Assembly (NCBI RefSeq): GCF_009914755.1
Contig: NC_060943.1
Direction: 5' to 3' (one strand)
DNA length: 64,000 nt
Origin: the human T2T-CHM13v2.0 reference genome, Homo sapiens
The notes below the pieces were generated by a model. The model was given only the letters and a program-made list of their open reading frames with translations. It made no database searches and had not been told where the DNA came from. This document shows positions 24,701 to 39,300 of the stretch, one piece after another (position 1 is the first letter of the stretch; each line of letters starts with the position of its first letter). A program made the translations under genes and the position numbers.

Positions 24701-27700
24701 GTTCAACTCTCAAAGTTTAACTTTTCTTTTCATTCAGCAGTTTGGAAACACTCTGTTTGTAAAGTCTGCACGTGGATATTTTGACCACTTAGAGGCCTTC
24801 GTTGGAAACGGGTTTTTTTTCATGTAAGGCTAGACGGTAGCATTCCCAGTAACTTCCTTGTGTTGTGTGCATTCAACTCACAGAGATGAACGTTCCCTTA
24901 GACAGAGCAGATTTGAAACGCTCTATTTGTGCAATTTGCAAGTGTAGATTTCAAGCGCTTTAAGGTCAATGGCAGAAAAGGTAATATCTTCGTTTCAAAA
25001 CTAGACAGAATCATTCCCACAAACTGCGTTGTGATGTGTTCGTTCAACTCACAGAGTTTAACCTTTCTGTTCATAGAGCAGTTAGGAAACACTCTGTTTG
25101 TAAAGTCTGTAAGTGGATATTCTGACATCTTGTGGCCTTCGTTGGAAACGGGATTTCTTCATATTCTGCTAGACAGAAGAATTCTCAGTAACTTCTTTGT
25201 GTTGTGTGTATTCAACTCACAGAGTTGAACGATCCTTTACACAGAGCAGACTTGAAACACTCTTTTTGTGGAGTTTGCAATTGGAGATTTCTGCCGCTTT
25301 GAGGTCAATGGTAGAATAGGAAATATCTTCCTATAGAAAATAGACAGAATGATTCTCAGAAACTCCTTTGTGATGTGTACGTTCAACTCACAGAGTTTAA
25401 CCTTTCTTTTCATAGAGCAGTTAGGAAACACTCTATTTGTAAAGTCTGCAAGTGGATATTAAGACCTCTTTGAGGTCTTCGTTGGAAACGGGATTTCTTC
25501 ATATTCTGCTAGACAGAAGAATTCTCAGTAACTTCCTTGTGTTGTGTGTATTCAACTCACAGAGTTGAACGATCCTTTACACAGAGCAGTCTTGAAACAC
25601 TCTTTTTCTGGAATTTGCAAGTGGAGATTTCTGCCGCATTGAGGTCAATGGTAGAATAGGAAATATCTTCCTATAGAAACTAGACAGAATGATTCTCAGA
25701 AACTCCTTTGTGATGTGGGCGTTCAACTCACAGAGTTTAACCTTCCTTTTCATAGAGCAGTTAGGAAACACTCTGTTTGTAATGTCTGCACGTGGATATT
25801 TGGACTTCTTTGAGGCCTTCGTTGGAAACGGGATTTTTTCATGTAAGGCTAGACGGAAGAATTCTCAGTAACTTCCTTGTGTTGTGTGTATTCAACTGAC
25901 AGAGTTGAACTTTCATTTAGAGAGAGCGGATTTGAAACACTGTTTTTGTGGAATTTGCAAGTGGAGATTTCAAGCGCTTTGGGGCCAAAGGCAGAAAAGG
26001 AAATATCTTCGTATAAAAACTAGACAGAATCATTCTCAGAAACCGCTCTGTGATGTGTGCGTTCAACTCTCAGAGTTTAACTTTTCTTTTCATTCAGCAG
26101 TTTGGAAACACTCTGTTTGTAAAGTCTGCACGTGGATATTTTGACCACTTAGAGGCCTTCGTTGGAAACGGGTTTTTTTTCACGTAAGGCTAGACAGAAG
26201 CATTCCCAGTAACTTCCTTGTGTTGTGTGCATTCAACTCACAGAGATGAACGTTCCCTTAGACAGAGCAGATTTGAAACACTCTATTTGTGCAATTTGCA
26301 AGTGTAGATTTCAAGCGCTTTAAGGTCAATGGCAGAAAAGGAAATATCTTCGTTTCAAAACTAGACAGAATCATTCCCACAAACTGCGTTGTGATGTGTT
26401 CGTTCAACTCACAGAGTTTAACCTTTCTGTTCATAGAGCAGTTAGGAAACACTCTGTTTGTAAAGTCTGTAAGTGGATATTCTGACATCTTGTGGCCTTC
26501 GTTGGAAACGGGATTTCTTCATATTCTGCTAGACAGAAGAATTCTCAGTAACTTCTTTGTGTTGTGTGTATTCAACTCACAGAGTTGAACGATCCTTTAC
26601 ACAGAGCAGACTTGAAACACTCTTTTTGTGGAATTTGCAAGTGGAGATTTCAGCCGCTTTGAGGTCAATGGTAGAATAGGAAATATCTTCCTATAGAAAC
26701 TAGACAGAATGATTCTCAGAAACTCCTTTGTGATGTGTGCGTTCAACTCACAGAGTTTAACCTTTCTTTTCATAGAGCAGTTAGGAAACACTCTGTTTGT
26801 AAAGTCTGCAAGTGGATATTAAGACCTCTTTGAGGCATTCGTTGGAAACGGGATTTCTTCATATTCTGCTAGACAGAAGAATTCTCAGTAACTTCCTTGT
26901 GTTGTGTGTATTCAACTCACAGAGTTGAACGATCCTTTACACAGAGCAGTCTTGAAACACTCTTTTTGTGGAATTTGCAAGTGGAGATTTCTGCCGCTTT
27001 GAGGTCAATGGTAGAATAGGAAATATCTTCCTATAGAAACTAGACAGAATGATTCTCAGAAACTCCTTTGTGATGTGGGCGTTCAACACACAGAGTTTAA
27101 CCTTTCTTTTCATAGAGCAGTTAGGAAACACTCTGTTTGTAAAGTCTGCACGTGGATATTTTGACTTCTTTGAGGCCTTCGTTGGAAACGGGTTTTTTTC
27201 ATGTTAGGCTAGACGGAGGAATTCTCAGTAACTTCCTTGTGTTGTGTGTATTCAACTGACAGAGTTGAACTTTCATTTAGAGAGAGCAGATTTGAAACAC
27301 TGTTTTTGTGGAATTTGCAAGTGGAGATTTCAAGCGCTTTGGGGCCAAAGGCAGAAAAGGAAATATCTTCGTATAAAAACTAGACAGAATCATTCTCAGA
27401 AACCGCTCTGTGATGTGTGCGTTCAACTCTCAGAGTTTAACTTTTCTTTTCATTCAGCAGTTTGGAAACACTCTGTTTGTAAAGTCTGCACGTGGATATT
27501 TTGACCACTTAGAGGCCTTCGTTGGAAACGGGTTTTTTTCATGTAAGGCTAGACAGAAGCATTCCCAGTAACTTCCTTGTGTTGTGTGCATTCAACTCAC
27601 AGAGATGAACGTTCCCTTAGACAGAGCAGATTTGAAACACTCTATTTGTGCAATTTGCAAGTGTAGATTTCAAGCGCTTTAAGGTCAATGGCAGAAAAGG

Positions 27701-30700
27701 AAATATCTTCGTTTCAAAACTAGACAGAATCATTCCCACAAACTGCGTTATGATGTGTTCGTTCAACTCACAGAGTTTAACCTTTCTGTTCATAGAGCAG
27801 TGAGGAAACACTCTGTTTGTAAAGTCTGTAAGTGGATATTCTGACATCTTGTGGCCTTCGTTGGAAACGGGAGTTCTTCATATTCTGCTAGACAGAAGAA
27901 TTCTCAGTAACTTCTTTGTGTTGTGTGTATTCAACTCACAGAGTTGAACGATCCTTTACACAGAGCAGACTTGAAACACTCTTTTTGTGGAATTTGCAAG
28001 TGGAGATTTCTGCCGCTTTGAGGTCAATGGTAGAATAGGAAATATCTTCCTATAGAAAATAGACAGAATGATTCTCAGAAACTCCTTTGTGATGTGGGCG
28101 TTCAACTCACAGAGTTTAACCTTTCTTTTCATAGAGCCGTTAGGAAACACTCTGTTTGTAAATTCTGCACGTGGATATTTGGACTTCTTTGAGGCCTTCG
28201 TTGGAAACGGGTTTTTTTCATGTAAGGCTAGACGGAAGAATTCTCAGTAACTTCCTTGTGTTGTGTGTATTCAACTGACAGAGTTGAAGTTTCATTAAGA
28301 GAGAGCAGATTTGAAACACTGTTTTTGTGGAATTTGCAAGTGGAGATTTCAAGCGCTTTGGGGCCAAAGGCAGAAAAGGAAATATCTTCGTATAAAAACT
28401 AGACAGAATCATTCTCAGAAACTGCTCTGTGATGTGTGCGTTCAACTCTCAGAGTTTAACTTTTCTTTTCATTCAGCAGTTTGGAAACACTCTGTTTGTA
28501 AAGTCTGCACGTGGATATTTTGACCACTTAGAGGCCTTCGTTGGAAACGGGTTTTTTTTCATGTAAGGCTAGACGGTAGCATTCCCAGTAACTTCCTTGT
28601 GTTGTGTGCATTCAACTCACAGAGATGAACGTTCCCTTAGACAGAGCAGATTTGAAACGCTCTATTTGTGCAATTTGCAAGTGTAGATTTCAAGCACTTT
28701 AAGGTCAATGGCAGAAAAGGAAATATCTTCGTTTCAAAACTAGACAGAATCATTCCCACAAACTGCGTTGTGATGTGTTCGTTCAACTCACAGAGTTTAA
28801 CCTTTCTGTTCATAGAGCAGTTAGGAAACACTCTGTTTGTAAAGTCTGTAAGTGGATATTCTGACATCTTGTGGCCTTCGTTGGAAACGGGATTTCTTCA
28901 TATTCTGCTAGACAGAAGAATTCTCAGTAACTTCTTTGTGTTGTGTGTATTCAACTCACAGAGTTGAACGATCCTTTACACAGAGCAGACTTGAAACACT
29001 CTTTTTGTGGAATTTGCAAGTGGAGATTTCAGCCGCTTTGAGGTCAATGGTAGAATAGGAAATATCTTCCTATAGAAACTAGACAGAATGATTCTCAGAA
29101 ACTCCTTTGTGATGTGTGCGTTCAACTCACAGAGTTTAACCTTTCTTTTCATAGAGCAGTTAGGAAACACTCTGTTTGTAAAGTCTGCAAGTGGATATTA
29201 AGACCTCTTTGAGGCCTTCGTTGGAAACGGGATTTCTTCATATTCTGCTAGACAGAAGAATTGTCAGTAACTTCCTTGTGTTGTGTGTATTCAACTCACA
29301 GAGTTGAACGATCCTTTACACAGAGCAGTCTTGAAACACTCTTTTTGTGGAATTTGCAAGTGGAGATTTCTGCCGCTTTGAGGTCAATGGTAGAATAGGA
29401 AATATCTTCCTATAGAAACTAGACAGAATGATTCTCAGAAACTCCTTTGTGATGTGGGCGTTCAACACACAGAGTTTAACCTTTCTTTTCATAGAGCAGT
29501 TAGGAAACACTCTGTTTGTAAAGTCTGCACGTGGATATTTGGACTTCTTTGAGGCCTTCGTTGGAAACGGGTTTTTTTCATGTAAGGCTAGACGGAGGAA
29601 TTCTCAGTAACTTCCTTGTGTTGTGTGTATTCAACTGACAGAGTTGAACTTTCATTTAGAGAGAGCAGATTTGAAACACTGTTTTTGTGGAATTTGCAAG
29701 TGGAGATTTCAAGCGCTTTGGGGCCAAAGGCAGAAAAGGAAATATCTTCGTATAAAAACTAGACAGAATCATTCTCAGAAACCGCTCTGTGATGTGTGCG
29801 TTCAACTCTCAGAGTTTAACTTTTCTTTTCATTCAGCAGTTTGGAAACACTCTGTTTGTAAAGTCTGCACGTGGATATTTTGACCACTTAGAGGCCTTCG
29901 TTGGAAACGGGTTTTTTTTCATGTAAGGCTAGACAGAAGCATTCCCAGTAACTTCCTTGTGTTGTGTGCATTCAACTCACAGAGATGAACGTTCCCTTAG
30001 ACAGAGCAGATTTGAAACACTCTATTTGTGCAATTTGCAAGTGTAGATTTCAAGCGCTTTAAGGTCAATGGCAGAAAAGGAAATATCTTCGTTTCAAAAC
30101 TAGACAGAATCATTCCCACAAACTGCGTTGTGATGTGTTCGTTCAACTCACAGAGTTTAACCTTTCTGTTCATAGAGCAGTGAGGAAACACTCTGTTTGT
30201 AAAGTCTGTAAGTGGATATTCTGACATCTTGTGGCCTTCGTTGGAAACGGGATTTCTTCATATTCTGCTAGACAGAAGAATTCTCAGTAACTTCTTTGTG
30301 TTGTGTGTATTCAACTCACAGAGTTGAACGATCCTTTACACAGAGCCGACTTGAAACACTCTTTTTGTGGAATTTGCAAGTGGAGATTTCTGCCGCTTTG
30401 AGGTCAATGGTAGAATAGGAAATATCTTCCTATAGAAAATAGACAGAATGATTCTCAGAAACTCCTTTGTGATGTGGGCGTTCAACTCACAGAGTTTAAC
30501 CTTTCTTTTCATAGAGCCGTTAGGAAACACTCTGTTTGTAAAGTCTGCACGTGGATATTTGGACTTCTTTGAGGCCTTCGTTGGAAACGGGTTTTTTTCA
30601 TGTAAGGCTAGTCGGAAGAATTCTCAGTAACTTCCTTCTGTTGTGTGTATTCAACTGACAGAGTTGAAGTTTCATTTAGAGAGAGCAGATTTGAAACACT

Positions 30701-32000
30701 GTTTTTGTGGAATTTGCAAGTGGAGATTTCAAGCGCTTTGGGGCCAAAGGCAGAAAAGGAAATATCTTCGTATAAAAACTAGACAGAATCATTCTCAGAA
30801 ACTGCTCTGTGATGTGTGCGTTCAACTCTCAGAGTTTAACTTTTCTTTTCATTCAGCAGTTTGGAAACACTCTGTTTGTAAAGTCTGCACGTGGATATTT
30901 TGACCACTTAGAGGCCTTCGTTGGAAACGGGTTTTTTTTCACGTAAGGCTAGACGGTAGCATTCCCAGTAACTTCCTTGTGTTGTGTGCATTCAACTCAC
31001 AGAGATGAACGTTCCCTTAGACAGAGCAGATTTGAAACGCTCTATTTGTGCAATTTGCAAGTGTAGATTTCAAGCGCTTTAAGGTCAATGGCAAAAAAGG
31101 AAATATCTTCGTTTCAAAACTAGACAGAATCATTCCCACAAACTGCGTTGTGATGTGTTCGTTCAACTCACAGAGTTTAACCTTTCTGTTCATAGAGCAG
31201 TGAGGAAACACTCTGTTTGTAAACTCTGTAAGTGGATATTCTGACATCTTGTGGCCTTCGTTGGAAAAGGGATTTCTTCATATTCTGCTAGACTGAAGAA
31301 TTCTCAGTAACTTCTTTGTGTTGTGTGTATTCAACTCACAGAGTTGAACGATCCTTTATACAGAGCAGACTTGAAACACTCTTTTTGTGGAATTTGCAAG
31401 TGGAGATTTCAGCCGCTTTGAGGTCAATGGTAGAATAGGAAATATCTTCCTATAGAAACTAGACAGAATGATTCTCAGAAACTCCTTTGTGATGTGTGCG
31501 TTCAACTCACAGAGTTTAACCTTTCTTTTCATAGAGCAGTTAGGAAACACTCTGTTTGTAAAGTCTGCAAGTGGATATTAAGACCTCTTTGAGGCCTTCG
31601 TTGGAAACGGGATTTCTTCATATTCTGCTAGACAGAAGAATTCTCAGTAACTTCCTTGTGTTGTGTGTATTCAACTCACAGAGTTGAACGATCCTTTACA
31701 CAGAGCAGTCTTGAAACACTCTTTTTGTGGAATTTGCAAGTGGAGATTTCTGCCGCTTTGAGGTCAATGGTAGAATAGGAAATATCTTCCTATAGAAACT
31801 AGACAGAATGATTCTCAGAAACTCCTTTGTGATGTGGGCGTTCAACTCACAGAGTTTAACCTTCCTTTTCATAGAGCAGTTAGGAAACACTCTGTTTGTA
31901 ATGTCTGCACGTGGATATTTGGACTTCTTTGAGGCCCTCGTTGGAAACGGGTTGTTTTCATGTAAGTCTAGACGGAAGAATTCTCAGTAACTTCCTTGTG
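21800..32000 (+). repeat. Second HOR-haplotype block of mixed 6-mers and 8-mers
   Basis: Shared variants GACGGTAGCATTCCC or GAAGCATTCCC (EcoRI site lost), AGAGCCGTTAGG, GAAAATAGAC, GAAACGCTCTAT and GCAGTGAGG. Internal offsets 3739 (ORFs 24479/28218) and 8498 (22519/31017). Some of these markers continue sporadically downstream. Confidence 0.8.
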
Positions 32001-33339
32001 TTGTGTGTATTCAACTGACAGAGTTGAACTTTCATTTAGAGAGAGCAGATTTGAAACACTGTTTTTGTGGAATTTGCAAGTGGAGATTTCAAGCGCTTTG
32101 GGGCCAAAGGCAGAAAAGGAAATATCTTCGTATAAAAACTAGACAGAATCATTCTCAGAAACCGCTCTGTGATGTGTGCATTCAACTCTCAGAGTTTAAC
32201 TTTTCTTTTCATTCAGCAGTTTGGAAACACTCTGTTTGTAAAGTCTGCACGTGGATATTTTGACCACTTAGACGCCTTCTTTTGAAACGGGTTTTTTTTC
32301 ATGTAAGGCTAGACAGAAGCATTCCCAGTAACTTCCTTGTGTTGTGTGCATTCAACTCACAGAGATGAACGTTCCCTTAGACAGAGCAGATTTGAAACAC
32401 TCTATTTGTGCAATTTGCAAGTGTAGATTTCAAGCGCTTTAAGGTCAACGGCAGAAAAGGAAATATCTTCGTTTCAAAACTAGACAGAATCATTCCCACA
32501 AACTGCGTTGTGATGTGTTCGTTCAACTCACAGAGTTTAACCTTTCTGTTCATAGAGCAGTTAGGAAACACTCTGTTTGTAAAGTCTGTAAGTGGATACT
32601 CTGACATCTTGTGGCCTTCGTAGGAAACGGGATTTCTTCATATTCTGCTAGACAGAAGAATTCTCAGTAACTTCTTTGTGTTGTGTGTATTCAACTCACA
32701 GAGTTGAACGATCCTTTACACAGAGCAGACTTGAAACACTCTTTTTGTGGGGTTTGCAAGTGGAGATTTCTGCTGCTTTGAGGTCAATGGTAGAATAGGA
32801 AATATCTTCCTATAGAAAATATACAGAATGATTCTCAGAAACTCCTTTGTGATGTGTACGTTCAACTCACAGAGTTTAACCTTTCTTTTCATAGAGCAGT
32901 TAGGAAACACTCTATTTGTAAAGTCTGCAAGTGGATATTAAGACCTCTTTGAGGTCTTCGTTGGAAACGGGATTTCTTCATATTCTGCTAGACAGAAGAA
33001 TTCTCAGTAACTTCCTTGTGTTGTGTGTATTCAACTCACAGAGTTGAACGATCCTTTACACAGAGCAGCCTTGAAACACTCTTTTTGTGGAATTTGCAAG
33101 TGGAGATTTCTGCCGCTTTGAGGTCAATGGTAGAATAGGAAATATCTTCCTATAGAAACTAGACAGAATGATTCTCAGAAACTCCTTTGTGATGTGGGCG
33201 TTCAACTCACAGAGTTTAACCTTCCTTTTCATAGAGCAGTTAGGAAACACTCTGTTTGTAATGTCTACACGTGGATATTTGGATTTCTTTGAGGCCTTCG
33301 TTGGAAACGGGATTTTTTCATGTAAGGCTAGACGGAAGA

Positions 33340-36300
33340 ATTCTCAGTAACTTCCTTGTGTTGTGTGTATTCAACTGACAGAGTTGAACTTTCATTTAGA
33401 GAGAGCAGATTTGAAACACTGTTTTTGTGGAATTTGCAAGTGGAGATTTCAAGCACTTTGGGGCCAAAGGCAGAAAAGGAAATATCTTCGTATAAAAACT
33501 AGACAGAATCATTCTCAGAAACCGCTCTGTGATGTGTGCGTTCAACTCGCAGAGTTTAACTTTTCTTTTCATTCAGCAGTTTGGAAACACTCTGTTTGTA
33601 AAGTCTGCACGTGGATATTTTGACCACTTAGAGGCCTTCGTTGGAAACGGGTTTTTTTTCATGTAAGGCTAGACAGAAGAATTCCCAGTAACTTCCTTCT
33701 GTTGTGTGCATTCAACTCACAGAGATGAATGTTCCCTTAGACAGAGCAGATTTGAAACACTCTATTTGTGCAATTTGCAAGTGTAGATTTCAAGCGCTTT
33801 AAGGTCAATGGCAGAAAAGGAAATATCTTCGTTTCAAAACTAGACAGAATCATTCCCACAAACTGCGTTGTGATGTGTTCGTTCAACTCACAGAGTTTAA
33901 CCTTTCTGTTCATAGAGCAGTTAGGAAACACTCTGTTTGTAAAGTCTGTAAGTGGATATTCTGACATCTTGTGGCCTTCGTTGGAAACGGGATTTCTTCA
34001 TATTCTGCTAGACAGAAGAATTCTCAGTAACTTCTTTGTGTTGTGTGTATTCAACTCACAGAGTTGAACGATCCTTTACACAGAGCAGACTTCAAACACT
34101 CTTTTTGTGGAATTTGCAAGTGGAGATTTCAGCCGCTTTGAGGTCAATGGTAGAATAGGAAATATCTTCCTATAGAAACTAGACAGAATGATTCTCAGAA
34201 ACTCCTTTGTGATGTGTGCGTTCAACTCACAGAGTTTAACCTTTCTTTTCATAGAGCAGTTAGGAAACACTCTGTTTGTAAAGTCTGCAAGTGGATATTA
34301 AGACCTCTTTGAGGCCTTCGTTGGAAACGGGATTTCTTCATATTCTGCTAGACAGAAGAATTCTCAGTAACTTCCTTGTGTTGTGTGTATTCAACTCACA
34401 GAGTTGAACGATCCTTTACACAGAGCAGTCTTGAAACACTCTTTTTGTGGAATTTGCAAGTGGAGATTTCTGCCGCTTTGAGGTCAATGGTAGAATAGGA
34501 AATATCTTCCTATAGAAACTAGACAGAATGATTCTCAGAAACTCCTTTGTGATGTGGGCGTTCAACTCACAGAGTTTAACCTTTCTTTTCATAGAGCAGT
34601 TAGGAAACACTCTGTTTGTAAAGTCTGCACGTGGATATTTGGACTTCTTTGAGGCCTTCGTTGGAAACGGGTTTTTTCATGTAAGGCTAGACGGAAGAAT
34701 TCTCAGTAACTTCCTTGTGTTGTGTGTATTCAACTGACAGAGTTGAACTTTCATTTAGATAGAGCAGATTTGAAACACTGTTTTTGTGGAATTTGCAAGT
34801 GGAGATTTCAAGCGCTTTGGGGCCAAAGCAGAAAAGGAAATATCTTCGTATAAAAACTAGACAGAATCATTCTCAGAAACTGCTCTGTGATGTGTGCGTT
34901 CAACTCTCAGAGTTTAACTTTTCTTTTCATTCAGCAGTTTGGAAACACTCTGTTTGTAAAGTCTGCACGTGGATATTTTGACCACTTAGAGGCCTTCGTT
35001 GGAAACGGGTTTTTTTTTCACGTAAGGCTAGACAGAAGCATTCCCAGTAACTTCCTTGTGTTGTGTGCATTCAACTCACAGAGATGAACGTTCCCTTAGA
35101 CAGAGCAGATTTGAAACACTCTATTTGTGCAATTTGCAAGTGTAGATTTCAAGCGCTTTAAGGTCAATGGCTGAAAAGGAAATATCTTCGTTTCAAAACT
35201 AGACAGAATCATTCCCACAAACTGCGTTGTGATGTGTTCGTTCAACTCACAGAGTTTAACCTTTCTGTTCATAGAGCAGTTAGGAAACACTCTGTTTGTA
35301 AAGTCTGTAAGTGGATATTCTGACATCTTGTGGCCTTCGTTGGAAACGGGATTTCTTCATATTCTGCTAGACAGAAGAATTCTCAGTAACTTCTTTGTGT
35401 TGTGTGTATTCAACTCACAGAGTTGAACGATCCTTTACACAGAGCAGACTTGAAACACTCTTTTTTTGGAATTTGCAAGTGGTGATTTCAGCCGCTTTGA
35501 GGTCAATGGTAGAATAGGAAATATCTTCCTATAGAAAGTAGACAGAATGATTCTCAGAAACTCCTTTGTGATGTGTGCGTTCAACTCACAGAGTTTAACC
35601 TTTCGTTTCATAGAGCAGTTAGGAAACACTCTGTTTGTAAAGTCTGCAATTGGATATTAAGACCTCTTTGAGGCCTTCGTTGGAAACGGGATTTCTTCAT
35701 ATTCTGCTAGACAGAAGAATTCTCAGTAACTTCCTTGTGTTGTGTGTATTCAACTCACAGAGTTGAACGATCCTTTACACAGAGCAGTCTTGAAACACTC
35801 TTTTTGTGGAATTTGCAAGTGGAGATTTCTGCCGTTTTGAGGTCAATGATAGAATAGGAAATATCTTCCTATAGAAACTAGACAGAATGATTCTCAGAAA
35901 CTCCTTTGTGATGTGGGCGTTCAACTCACAGAGTTTAACCTTTCTTTTCATAGAGCAGTTAGGAAACACTCTGTTTGTAAAGTCTGCACGTGGATATTTG
36001 GACTTCTTTGAGGCCTTCGTTGGAAACGGGTTTTTTTCATGTAAGGCTAGACGGAAGAATTCTCAGTAACTTCTTTGTGTTGTGTGTATTCAACTGACAG
36101 AGTTGAACTTTCATTTAGAGAGAGCAGATTTGGAACACTGTTTTTGTGGAATTTGCAAGTGGAGATTCCAAGCGCTTTGGGGCCAAAGGCAGAAAAGGAT
36201 ATATCTTCGTATAAAAACTAGACAGAATCATTCTGAGAAACTGCTCTGTGATTTGTGCGTTCAACTCTCAGAGTTTAACTTTTCTTTTCATTCAGCAGTT

Positions 36301-39300
36301 TGGAAACTCTCTGTTTGTAAAGTCTGCACTTGCATATTTTGAACACTTAGAGGCCTTCGTTGGAAACGGGTTTTTTTCATGTAAGGCTAGACAGAAGAAT
36401 TCCCAGTAACTTCCTTGTGTTGTGTGCATTCAACTCACAGAGATGAACGTTCCCTTAGACAGAGCAGATTTGAAACACTCTATTTGTGCAATTTGCAAGT
36501 GTAGATTTCAAGCGCTTTAAGGTCAATGGCAGAAAAGGAAATATCTTCGTTTCAAAACTAGACAGAATCATTCCCACAAACTGCGTTGTGATGTGTTCGC
36601 TCAACTCACAGAGTTTAACCTTTCTCTTCATAGAGCAGTTAGGAAACACTCTGTTTGTAAAGTCTGTAAGTGGATATTCTGTCATCTTTTGGCCTTCGTT
36701 GGAAACGGGATTTCTTCATATTCTGCTAGACAGAGGAATTCTCAGTAACTTCTTTGTGTTGTGTGTATTCAACTCACAGAGTTGAACGATCCTTTACACA
36801 GAGCAGACTTGAAACACTCTTTTTGTGGAATTTGCAAGTGGAGATTTCAGCCGCTTTGAGGTCAATGGTAGAATAGGAAATATCTTCCTATAGAAACTAG
36901 ACAGAATGATTCTCAGAAACTCCTTTGTGATGTGTGCGTTCAACTCAAAGAGTTTAACCTTTCTTTTCATAGAGCAGTTAGGAAACACTCTGTTTGTAAA
37001 GTCTGCAAGTGGATATTAAGACCTCTCTGAGGTCTTCGTTGGAAACGGGATTTCTTCATATTCTGCTAGACAGAAGAATTCTCAGTAACTTCCTTGTGTT
37101 GTGTGTATTCAACTCACAGAGTTGAACGATCCTTTACACAGAGCAGTCTTGAAACACTCTTTTTGTGGAATTTGCAAGTGGAGATTTCTGCCGCTTTGAG
37201 GTCAATGGTAGAATAGGAAATATCTTCCTATAGAAACTAGACAGAATGATTCTCAGAAACTCCTTTGTGATGTGTGCGTTCAACTCACAGAGTTTAACCT
37301 TTCTTTTCATAGAGCAGTTAGGAAACACTCTATTTGTAAAGTCTGCAAGTGGATATTAAGACCTCCTTGAGGCCTTCGTTGGAAACGGGATTTCTTCATA
37401 TTCTGCTAGACAGAAGAATTCTCAGTAACTTCCTTGTGTTGTGTGTATTCAACTCACAGAGTTGAACGATCCTTTACACAGAGCAGTCTTGAAACACTCT
37501 TTTTGTGGAATTTGCAAGTGGAGATTTCTACCGCTTTGAGGTCAATGGTAGAATAGGAAATATCTTCCTATAGAAACTAGACAGAATGATTCTCAGAAAC
37601 TCCTTTGTGATGTGGGAGTTCAACACACAGAGTTTAACCTTTCTTTTCATAGAGCAGTTAGGAAACACTCTGTTTGTAAAGTCTGCACGTGGATATTTGG
37701 ACTTCTTTGAGGCCTTCGTTGGAAACGGGTTTTTTTCATGTAAGGCTAGACGGAGGAATTCTCAGTAACTTCCTTGTGTTGTGTGTATTCAACTGACAGA
37801 GTTGAACTTTCATTTAGAGAGAGCAGATTTGAAACACTGTTTTTGTGGAATTTGCAAGTGGAGATTTCAAGCGCTTTGGGGCCAAAGGCAGAAAAGGAAA
37901 TATCTTCGTATAAAAACTAGACAGAATCATTCTCAGAAACCGCTCTGTGATGTGTGCGTTCAACTCGCAGAGTTTAACTTTTCTTTTCATTCAGCAGTTT
38001 GGAAACACTCTGTTTGTAAAGTCTGCACGTGGATATTTTGACCACTTAGAGGCCTTCGTTGGAAACGGGTTTTTTTTCATGTAAGGCTAGACGGTAGCAT
38101 TCCCAGTAACTTCCTTGTGTTGTGTGCACTCAACTCACAGAGATGAATGTTCCCTTAGACAGAGCAGATTTGAAACACTCTATTTGTGCAATTTGCAAGT
38201 GTAGATTTCAAGCGCTTTAAGGTCAATGGCAGAAAAGGAAATATCTTCGTTTCAAAACTAGACAGAATCATTCCCACAAACTGCGTTGTGATGTGTTCGT
38301 TCAACTCACAGAGTTTAACCTTTCTGTTCATAGAGCAGTTAGGAAACACTCTGTTTGTAAAGTCTGTAAGTGGATATTCTGACATCTTGTGGCCTTCGTT
38401 GGAAACGGGATTTCTTCATATTCTGCTAGACAGAAGAATTCTCAGTAACTTCTTTGTGTTGTGTGTATTCAACTCACAGAGTTGAACGATCCTTTACACA
38501 GAGCAGACTTCAAACACTCTTTTTGTGGAATTTGCAAGTGGAGATTTCAGCCGCTTTGAGGTCAATGGTAGAATAGGAAATATCTTCCTATAGAAACTAG
38601 ACAGAATGATTCTCAGAAACTCCTTTGTGATGTGTGCGTTCAACTCACAGAGTTTAACCTTTCTTTTCATAGAGCAGTTAGGAAACACTCTGTTTGTAAA
38701 GTCTGCAAGTGGATATTAAGACCTCTTTGAGGCCTTCGTTGGAAACGGGATTTCTTCATATTCTGCTAGACAGAAGAATTCTCAGTAACTTCCTTGTGTT
38801 GTGTGTATTCAACTCACAGAGTTGAACGATCCTTTACACAGAGCAGTCTTGAAACACTCTTTTTGTGGAATTTGCAAGTGGAGATTTCTGCCGCTTTGAG
38901 GTCAATGGTAGAATAGGAAATATCTTCCTATAGAAACTAGACAGAATGATTCTCAGAAACTCCTTTGTGATGTGGGCGTTCAACTCACAGAGTTTAACCT
39001 TTCTTTTCATAGAGCAGTTAGGAAACACTCTGTTTGTAAAGTCTGCACGTGGATATTTGGACTTCTTTGAGGCCTTCGTTGGAAACGGGTTTTTTTCATG
39101 TAAGGCTAGACGGAAGAATTCTCAGTAACTTCCTTGTGTTGTGTGTATTCAACTGACAGAGTTGAACTTTCATTTAGAGAGAGCAGATTTGAAACACTGT
39201 TTTTGTGGAATTTGCAAGTGGAGATTTCAAGCGCTTTGGGGCCAAAGGCAGAAAAGGAAATATCTTCGTATAAAAACTAGACAGAATCATTCTCAGAAAC

